A program made the position numbers and the translations under genes. From NCBI GenBank assembly GCA_947627585.1, contig CANQWP010000001.1, positions 1-38,809 on the forward strand: 38,809 nt of DNA, in the 5' to 3' direction. How positions within the stretch are numbered: the stretch's first letter is position 1; every line of letters starts with the position of its first letter. Of the stretch, positions 32,948-38,809 are shown piece after piece. Origin of the DNA: an uncultured Clostridia bacterium (lineage in GTDB: Bacteria > Bacillota > Clostridia > Christensenellales > UBA1242). Below the pieces are notes generated by a model. The model made no database searches, was not told where the DNA came from, and was given only the letters and a program-made list of their open reading frames with translations.

Positions 32948-35900
32948 TTAGGATTCTTCTTTCTTTGGAACAACAGCTGTTGAAAGCGCTTTGCTTGCAC
33001 TCGAAGCCGGATTCAACACATCTGCGAGAGTTGAACCGTCAGACCATGTTTTGTTCCATTTTTCATCTTCTTCGTTAAGAGAATCCTTTAGTGCCCGGAT
33101 GTGATCCGATTCAATTCCTTTCAAAGACGGGTCTCGATATGCTTGTTGCATATGCCACAAAATATGTGTTTCGTTCTTTACATCTGTTGTCTTATATTCG
33201 CAAAGAAGACGGATATAGCGTTTGTCGGTGAAAACGTTGTCTTTGTCAGCTGCGCAGGTCAACCTTATTTGGCTTGCTTCAGCAATTGTCGCGTTGTCCA
33301 AACGCACGCCATCTTCATCCAAAATTTCATATGTCCAAGCGTAAAAAGAGCCGATTATGGTGTCCATAAGATGCATGTTTTTGATTTTTGCGCCATTGTC
33401 CAAAACATTTTTTTCGGAAGCGAGTGCATATTCATTGCCATCCCAAACAAACACTTTGTCGCCCAAATCAGAAACCGCAAACACCAACACATTGACATAG
33501 AAGTTGTCAATGTCTTTGGTGCTGACTGCAGCAGTTTGATTTAGCCCATACCATTCAAAATATGGGCCAATGTTTGGCACAGCCAAGCCGTACACCATTT
33601 CAACCCATGAATTGAAATTGTTGAGCGTTGTTTTGTTGGCATAATTAAGAATGTCGGCTGAGCCTTTGAAATAAATTTTCACATCTTGTCCGCCATTTTT
33701 GGTGTCATCAACCAAAATGCCGGTGCTGCATTCAACCATGACGATATTTTCAACATAAAGTGATTGTTCTGCTTTGTAAAGTTGTATGCCCGCCTTGGAA
33801 GCTCCGAAAAATACGGTGTTTTTCGTGTAGAACACAGCGTCCTCAGGCCTAAATTTATAATAATAAGACAAATTGCAATAGTAAGCATAGGTCATTTTGA
33901 GAACCATTTTTTGATTCTGAGCGCTGATCGTCTCGACAGGGTTTGAGCATTTGATGACGGCGTTATAAGCCCTGTTGACTGCGATGCCCTCGCTTTCGCT
34001 GGAGCCGGTCATTGAAGCATTTTTTGCCTCAAAATTGACCTGATGGCCATTGCCATATATTGTTGTTTTGCCCAAGCCATCAACCTTGGTCAAGAAAAGC
34101 CCATTTTCTGTTGCGTAGTCAAATTTTTCGTCACTTTCGCCAAGTTCGCCAACGCCATAGAAATCGGTCTGAAGAACAACTTTGTCGTTGCCATAATATC
34201 CATCGGCATCAAAGACATTCACAAGCGATTCGTCGTCAAGCACATTAAAGTTGAAGTGACGATTTGTTCCGCCAACAGCACCATCGCCCGCTTCAACTCT
34301 CAAAAATGAAAATGCGTTCGGGCTTGCTGCAAACTCTCTGCCACTGTCGTCATCTGCAATTTCATTAGGTTGTGTCCAATTTTGTTCTTCTGCAAAATTT
34401 CCAAAATAATTGTTTTGAACGTCACTTTCCGAAAGCCCAGCAAATGCCCCAAAATATATGCGTGCATAGCCCGGCTCACTAAACACATCCACCCAAATAA
34501 TTTTTTGTGGATTTTTGCCGTCTTCTCCAACAACAATGGCGCCAGTTTGATCTTTCAAAACATAGCCTTCTTCGTCTTTTTCAATTGTGTAGGACAAATT
34601 GTTGTATGTCACATCATATCCAAGTTGATTTGTGATGATTTGAGTTGTGTCGTTGCCAACAATTCTTGTTAAATTCCAAGAAATCTCTTCTGGATTCACT
34701 TTTTTCTGATCAACCAAACTTGAAAGCGCGTTGAAAGGAATTTTGAAATAGTCCACAAGCTCTCCGTCATAGGAACTTTGTTTTGCATAGACGGTCACTT
34801 GTTGATAGCCTTTATAAATATCTTCTGTGTTTCCATTGTCAAAGCTTTCTGTTTCGTTTGTAAATTCAACTTGTGAAATGGCAATGCGCTTCAATTTTAA
34901 AGCCATTTCTTTTTCAGCAAATTTCAATGAAATGTCTTGTTGGAACTCGCTCAATCCTGGAAATGAGATGATAATTTGATTGTTCAAACTGTCATATGAA
35001 GCTTGATAGTTTTCCACTTCTTCGATCTTAAGCATTTCTGCAAAATTTTCGTCACTTCCAAATCCACCAATAATGTCTTCGTCGAGATTCACTTGAAGAG
35101 TGAAGCTGTCCTGAACATTTTTGGCAAGCATAATCAAAATTTCGTCTTCTTCGTTTGCTTTTTCAATGCTGTCCAAAGTTATTGTTTTTGCACCATCTTG
35201 TGCGTCAAGCGTTGCAAAAACATCCATATCAAAGCTGTCAAGATCTGCTTTTTCAAGAGAAAAACTTATTGTTTCTCCTCCACTCTTGAAAGAAATGTCG
35301 TGAACTTTGGCTATGTCAACTGTCAGTGTGCCATTTTGGATTTGTTGCCAATCACCAGCATTGTTTGTTTGATATGTAATGGTTTTTTGTCCATTTGAGA
35401 CTTCAAAAGTCAAACTGTCCAAAAAAGTCTTATATTCTTTTGCATTTTGAATTTCTTTGTCGGCACAAAAAACCTTGAAGCCATCCACCTTTCTTGCGTG
35501 GCAATTTATTGTTACTGTTTTTGAAATATCTTCGTTTCCCAAAGCGGTCACAGTGATTTTTGCTTGTCCAACGCCCACAGCTGTCACAGTTCCGTTTGCG
35601 TTCACTTTCAAAATGTCTGGTCTGTCACTTTCCCACTTTTGCGCTTTGTTTAAGGCGTCCACAGGAAATACATTGACTGAAAGTTGTGCTCTTTCCCCAA
35701 CATACATATCTGTTGGGAATTCGTTTAGTTCAAAATCATAAATCGTTGTGCCTGTGACAACAATTTTTCTCTTTGCAAGCGCAGCGACGTTTTCTTTGCT
35801 CTGGACTGTGATATAAGTTTCTCCATAAAAAACGGGTGTCACAACTCCTTCTTCATCGACTGTTGCCACGTTTTCATTGCTGCTCTTGAAAACTAAATCG

Positions 35901-36124
35901 CGATTTTTTGCATTTGTTGGAAAAACATTGATTTCATCCATGATATTGCGCTTTGGAGGATTTTCTGGATTGTCCATAACAAACACAACTGCATCTTTTT
36001 TGGAAAATTCAACATTTTCGACATAGATGTGTGTCACAAGGCTCAAAATTGCGCCATTAACCAAAAGAATTGCAAGCAAAAGCAATGGCAAGATGATGAT
36101 TGTTGATGCCATAAGTTTTCTCAT
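32948..36124 (-). CDS. N-anchored surface protein with two Big_2 repeats and a C-terminal YGNG-containing (beta-helix-like) region (1058 aa), module 1
   Basis: ATG at 36124 lies 2 nt after the permease TAA and follows a GAGGTG RBS. The N-terminal TM is STIIILPLLLLAILLVNGAIL. The Big_2 motifs are ...NVATVDEEGVVTPVFYGETYITV and ...ILKVNANGTVTAVGVGQAKITVTA. TIYGNGHQVNF is comparable to NIYGNGKMLD in the 2053-aa paralogue. Confidence 0.8.
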   Translation of the reverse strand: MRKLMASTIIILPLLLLAILLVNGAILSLVTHIYVENVEFSKKDAVVFVMDNPENPPKRNIMDEINVFPTNAKNRDLVFKSSNENVATVDEEGVVTPVFYGETYITVQSKENVAALAKRKIVVTGTTIYDFELNEFPTDMYVGERAQLSVNVFPVDALNKAQKWESDRPDILKVNANGTVTAVGVGQAKITVTALGNEDISKTVTINCHARKVDGFKVFCADKEIQNAKEYKTFLDSLTFEVSNGQKTITYQTNNAGDWQQIQNGTLTVDIAKVHDISFKSGGETISFSLEKADLDSFDMDVFATLDAQDGAKTITLDSIEKANEEDEILIMLAKNVQDSFTLQVNLDEDIIGGFGSDENFAEMLKIEEVENYQASYDSLNNQIIISFPGLSEFQQDISLKFAEKEMALKLKRIAISQVEFTNETESFDNGNTEDIYKGYQQVTVYAKQSSYDGELVDYFKIPFNALSSLVDQKKVNPEEISWNLTRIVGNDTTQIITNQLGYDVTYNNLSYTIEKDEEGYVLKDQTGAIVVGEDGKNPQKIIWVDVFSEPGYARIYFGAFAGLSESDVQNNYFGNFAEEQNWTQPNEIADDDSGREFAASPNAFSFLRVEAGDGAVGGTNRHFNFNVLDDESLVNVFDADGYYGNDKVVLQTDFYGVGELGESDEKFDYATENGLFLTKVDGLGKTTIYGNGHQVNFEAKNASMTGSSESEGIAVNRAYNAVIKCSNPVETISAQNQKMVLKMTYAYYCNLSYYYKFRPEDAVFYTKNTVFFGASKAGIQLYKAEQSLYVENIVMVECSTGILVDDTKNGGQDVKIYFKGSADILNYANKTTLNNFNSWVEMVYGLAVPNIGPYFEWYGLNQTAAVSTKDIDNFYVNVLVFAVSDLGDKVFVWDGNEYALASEKNVLDNGAKIKNMHLMDTIIGSFYAWTYEILDEDGVRLDNATIAEASQIRLTCAADKDNVFTDKRYIRLLCEYKTTDVKNETHILWHMQQAYRDPSLKGIESDHIRALKDSLNEEDEKWNKTWSDGSTLADVLNPASSASKALSTAVVPKKEES

Positions 36125-36126
36125 TC

Positions 36127-37728
36127 TTACACCTCAATCTTCCTATATTTTTTGTTTACTGTGAAATAGAAAATTAAAAAGTTAACAAGTGCATAGACAA
36201 AAGATAGTCCAATCATAAGCAAATATGCGGTGAGAGCCCCGCCTTTGAAAAATTTAGGAAAAATAATGCTTATCGTGCCAAAAATTGCGGAAATAACAAG
36301 TCCAAGCAAAAGCATATAGGTGACATTGATTTCTTCTGATTCGCCGTTTGCCTTTGGTTTAATGTTTGGATTTATGAGGTTAATGTTTGCACCGTTGAAA
36401 ACGAGCCCAAAGACGAACAATATTTCACATACAAGAATAACTATAATTTCGATTGCGTTTACAAATTGTAAAGCTGCCAAAACAATTATGCTGATCAGCA
36501 GCGCCCCAAGACTGACAGCTATGTTTATTAGTCCTTTCAAAAGAAGTTGTTTGCGATATGAGACAGGAATGAGTTTTGTGATATAAAAATTTTTGCCTTC
36601 GATGCTGAGCACAATTGCTGAAAACGAACTTATCATTGCCATAAACACAGAAACGACAAGCATTGACACCCCAAAGTTTATGCCTTGACCAATTTGTGCT
36701 TGACCGACCATGCCCACAAGTTTGTCGCAGAAAAACACCATTACAGGGGTTGCGATTGCCACGCCGAGATAAAAATATGAATAGGATTTTGTATGTAAAA
36801 TTTCCAAGAAAGTGTGTCTCAAGATTGCTTTTCCGCTTCCAAAATTGTCCAGTTTGCTGTTTCTTTTGATTCCGCCATCTCCGCCGTCCAATTGTTTTGT
36901 GCGGATGCTTTGATAAACAAACTTTGCAAGCACAATTCCCACGCCCGCAAGCACAAATGTCGCGCCGATCATTGCACCAAAGCCAATCCAAAATTTTTCA
37001 AAGAAAATGATGTTTCCAAGATAATATGCAGGATTATATGGAGTGTCCAAAGATGTGAGCAGTGTTTCCCAAATGCCAAGCGTGCCTTCCTCCCAATTTT
37101 TGTGGATAAAGAAATTTGCAAGTGCTGTCAAAACAAAATAATAAAGTGTAAACAATCCCGCCAAAAAGATGATAAACATAATAATTTGAATTACATTATA
37201 TCTTTTGAGAAGTGAACTTAAATACATTATTGGAATGGCAAGGAAAATTGAAATTGCAAAAGGGATCATTGGCAAAAAAATCACTCCCAAAACAATTCCG
37301 CAAATATATGTAAATGTTATGCAATTCAAAGCCCAGCCAAAAACAAGCATAATTGGAATAAGCAAAATTGCGGAATAAATCATCAAATCAATATAATTCA
37401 AAATCAAACTGCTGACAAAAATTTTGAAAGAGCTAAGTGGAAATCGTGCAGAAATGTGCAGATCCGCCGGGCGATACAACCTTTTGATTTGCATGCTTGT
37501 TGCAAAGACCGTCAACCCAAGCATAAGAATTGTCAAAAACAACACCGACAATCTTTTTATTGAAACGGTCAAAGTTGACTTAAGCACATATGAAAGCCCC
37601 CAAACCAATGCCAAACAAATTCCAATCGCAAACAGCATGGCAATTGAAGTCATGATTGCATTTGTTTTGCTATTGTTTTTGTTAAACCCCCACCTGAGTT
37701 TAAGTTGCAAACGGATGTAATCAAGCAT
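36127..37728 (-). CDS. polytopic ABC permease ('putative ABC exporter'-like, 533 aa), module 1
   Basis: I trim the track ORF (37839) to ATG 37728, which follows a GAGGTGGA RBS and overlaps the ATPase stop by 8 nt. It is multi-TM throughout. ...RLYRPADLHISARFPLSSFKIFVSS resembles the D-x-x-L-x-x-x-P-(V/L)-S motif region of this permease class. Confidence 0.8.
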   Translation of the reverse strand: MLDYIRLQLKLRWGFNKNNSKTNAIMTSIAMLFAIGICLALVWGLSYVLKSTLTVSIKRLSVLFLTILMLGLTVFATSMQIKRLYRPADLHISARFPLSSFKIFVSSLILNYIDLMIYSAILLIPIMLVFGWALNCITFTYICGIVLGVIFLPMIPFAISIFLAIPIMYLSSLLKRYNVIQIIMFIIFLAGLFTLYYFVLTALANFFIHKNWEEGTLGIWETLLTSLDTPYNPAYYLGNIIFFEKFWIGFGAMIGATFVLAGVGIVLAKFVYQSIRTKQLDGGDGGIKRNSKLDNFGSGKAILRHTFLEILHTKSYSYFYLGVAIATPVMVFFCDKLVGMVGQAQIGQGINFGVSMLVVSVFMAMISSFSAIVLSIEGKNFYITKLIPVSYRKQLLLKGLINIAVSLGALLISIIVLAALQFVNAIEIIVILVCEILFVFGLVFNGANINLINPNIKPKANGESEEINVTYMLLLGLVISAIFGTISIIFPKFFKGGALTAYLLMIGLSFVYALVNFLIFYFTVNKKYRKIEV

Positions 37729-38440
37729 TATCCACCTCGTTGACTTCCATAAACATTTTTTCAAGGTCAACATCTTTGCTTGTGCGCAGGTCAACTCTTC
37801 TGACAATTTGACCTTTCTTGACAAAAATAACCATATCACAAGCTTTTTTTACTGTTTCCAGACTGTGTGACGAAAACAAAACTGCGTGCTTGTCATCAGC
37901 ATATTCTTTTATGTATTTTACCAAAAGGTTCATCGTTTGTGGATCAAGCCCCACCATTGGCTCGTCCAAAACCCAAAGTGCGGGTCTGTGAACAAGTGCG
38001 CCCAAAATGCAGATTTTTTGCTTCATGCCGTGTGAATAGCTTGATATCTGAGTGTCCAGCGCATAAGCAATGTCAAACTTCTTTGCAAGAAAGTCTGTTG
38101 CATAAGCCTTTTGCTCTTTTGTTGCACCATAAAGGCTGCCCATATAATTTATGTACTCACGACCAGTCAACTTGTCATAGACCGAGTGGTCATCCGGAAC
38201 ATATCCAATGTTCTTCTTTGCTTGTTCGCTTTGTGTGACAATATCAAAGCCGTTCACCTTGATTTCTCCCTCTTGGAATGGCAAAACACCAATTATGCTT
38301 TTGATGATTGTGGATTTTCCAGCGCCGTTGCTTCCAACAAGTCCAACAACTTGTCCTGCTGAAACTTTAAAGCTGACATTTTTTGCTGAAAACTGATCAT
38401 TTGCCGGATATTTTTTTGAAAGATTTTTTACTTTAAGCAT
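37721..38440 (-). CDS. ABC transporter ATP-binding protein (239 aa), module 1
   Basis: ATG at 38440 follows an AAAGGAGA RBS. Walker A is GSNGAGKST, the signature variant is YSHGMKQK and Walker B is LWVLDEP. It is a close paralogue of 29411-30127. Confidence 0.9.
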   Translation of the reverse strand: MLKVKNLSKKYPANDQFSAKNVSFKVSAGQVVGLVGSNGAGKSTIIKSIIGVLPFQEGEIKVNGFDIVTQSEQAKKNIGYVPDDHSVYDKLTGREYINYMGSLYGATKEQKAYATDFLAKKFDIAYALDTQISSYSHGMKQKICILGALVHRPALWVLDEPMVGLDPQTMNLLVKYIKEYADDKHAVLFSSHSLETVKKACDMVIFVKKGQIVRRVDLRTSKDVDLEKMFMEVNEVDNA

Positions 38441-38477
38441 ATTTCTCCTTTGAAATTTTACATGGTCTTATGTCCCC

Positions 38478-38509
38478 ATTTTAGTATAACGGGGGGGGGG
38501 ATTTGTCAA
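38478..38509 (-). promoter_or_regulatory. promoter of ABC/Big_2 module 1 with a C10 tract in the spacer
   Basis: The minus strand reads TTGACA(38509-38504)-AAT-CCCCCCCCCC-GTTATAC-TAAAAT(38483-38478), 37 nt before the ATG at 38440. That is the same -10-to-ATG distance and the same TTCAAAGGA leader as the paralogous promoter at 30164-30192. The spacer to TAAAAT is 20 nt. The alternative -10, TATACT (38488-38483), gives a 15-nt spacer. Confidence 0.6.
38491..38500. repeat. G10/C10 homopolymer
   Basis: There are ten consecutive G on the plus strand in an otherwise AT-rich intergenic region. Confidence 0.95.
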
Positions 38510-38513
38510 GTAA

Positions 38514-38536
38514 ATTTTATATATAATATATAAAAT
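38514..38536. repeat. perfect 23-bp AT-only palindrome
   Basis: ATTTTATATAT-A-ATATATAAAAT has 11-bp arms and a 1-nt centre. It lies 5 bp upstream (minus-strand sense) of the -35 at 38509-38504. Confidence 0.9.
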
Positions 38537-38734
38537 TCGACAATTTTTATTCATTTTGTGCCGCCGATTCTTATCATCTGTGACCGATGCGAATTTATTT
38601 GCGACTTTTCAAACATGGGGATGTGTATCTCCGCTTGAAACTGATGATGAAACAGAAAAATAGAAAAACAGCCATTTCTGACTGTTAATCGCCCATAATC
38701 CCCGTAAAAAAACGGGTTCAACTATGTTCTTTTT

Positions 38735-38809
38735 TGGTGCTCCCGTCAGGACTCGAACCCGAACAAATGGTTCCGAAGACCATTGTGCTATCCATTACAC
38801 CACGAGAGC
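38735..38809 (-). tRNA. tRNA-Arg (anticodon UCG), CCA encoded; its 5' end coincides with the window edge
   Basis: The reverse complement folds manually as: acceptor GCTCTCG/CGGGAGC; D arm GTGT-AATGGATA-GCAC; anticodon arm ATGGT-CTTCGGA-ACCAT (positions 34-36 are TCG); 4-nt variable loop; T arm TCGGG-TTCGAGT-CCTGA; 3' ACCA. Confidence 0.9.

Noticed and set aside
36425-36991. Minus-strand 188-aa ORF in an alternative frame inside the module-1 permease.
   Set aside because: It lies fully inside the 533-aa permease CDS. It has a Cys/Arg-rich nonsense-like translation and no start context.
13975-37839. N-terminal extensions given by the ORF track (15285, 27884, 30163, 32867, 37839; also 10431 and 8732).
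   Set aside because: In each case an internal ATG or TTG has a proper Shine-Dalgarno sequence 5-9 nt upstream. It also gives a family-typical N-terminus (signal peptide, Rossmann GxxGxxG or MLxxKNLSKKY). The upstream extension would overlap the preceding gene or the promoter.
38660-38716. Hairpins downstream of tRNA-Arg on the minus strand (CAGTC-AGAAAT-GGCTG + UUUUU at 38669-38684, and CCCG-loop-CGGG at 38701-38716).
   Set aside because: The stems are short (4-5 bp, with a G-U pair). The first is a plausible but weak tRNA terminator, and the second lacks a T-run. Neither is strong enough to list.
10607-38809. The idea that the 28-kb surface-protein region between tRNA-Ala and tRNA-Arg is an integrated genomic island.
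   Set aside because: No integrase, recombinase, transposase or phage gene was seen. I found no direct repeat of a tRNA 3' end, and composition looks uniform by eye. Two flanking tRNAs alone are not evidence.
1-38809. CRISPR arrays, IS elements, rRNA and alternative genetic code.
   Set aside because: There are no regularly spaced direct repeats and no transposase-like ORFs. Long ORFs close with TGA, TAA and TAG in the standard way (e.g. TGA at 384, 11902 and 27790), so there is no sign of stop-codon reassignment.

Overview
This is a low-GC, Firmicutes-like chromosomal window. It uses the standard genetic code, Shine-Dalgarno RBSs and recurring TTGACA-N17-(TGn)TAAAAT promoters, and almost every gene is on the minus strand. 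No database or tool was available, so all calls come from reading the ORF translations and the DNA by eye.

**Contents, left to right:**
- 1-246: 5' fragment of an ABC exporter gene.
- 384-8081: a tightly packed seven-gene minus-strand operon. It encodes an SPFH/YdjI-like protein with two zinc ribbons, a single-pass membrane protein, a small TPR-like protein and two ~200-aa Snf7/ESCRT-III-like proteins. It also encodes a Vps4-like (meiotic-clade) AAA+ ATPase with an N-terminal MIT-like domain, and a 1234-aa Zn-ribbon/TPR/3-TM/GLUG-repeat protein.
- 8223-16434: housekeeping or miscellaneous genes. These are a lipoprotein, a Cys/Gly-rich miniprotein, a bPH protein, a NUDIX hydrolase, tRNA-Ala, MscL, an MGMT-family protein, a 660-aa lipoprotein, an Fe-ADH and a Lys-rich membrane protein.
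- 16470-38440: a surface-protein region. It holds a 1712-aa MBG/YDG-repeat protein and two paralogous three-gene modules (ABC ATPase, polytopic permease, N-anchored Big_2 plus beta-helix-like giant protein). An SDR/EFR1-ferredoxin pair separates the two modules.
- 38735-38809: tRNA-Arg at the right edge.

**Main candidate for a novel system:** the bacterial Snf7 + Vps4(MIT) operon, which is wired to PspA-type accessory proteins and to a transmembrane GLUG protein.

**Other points of interest:**
- A C10 homopolymer sits inside the -35/-10 spacer of one ABC/Big_2 operon promoter, which makes it a phase-variation candidate.
- The permease of the second module is split.
- The Cys/Gly-rich miniprotein is internally duplicated.

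No CRISPR array, transposase, integrase or rRNA was seen.
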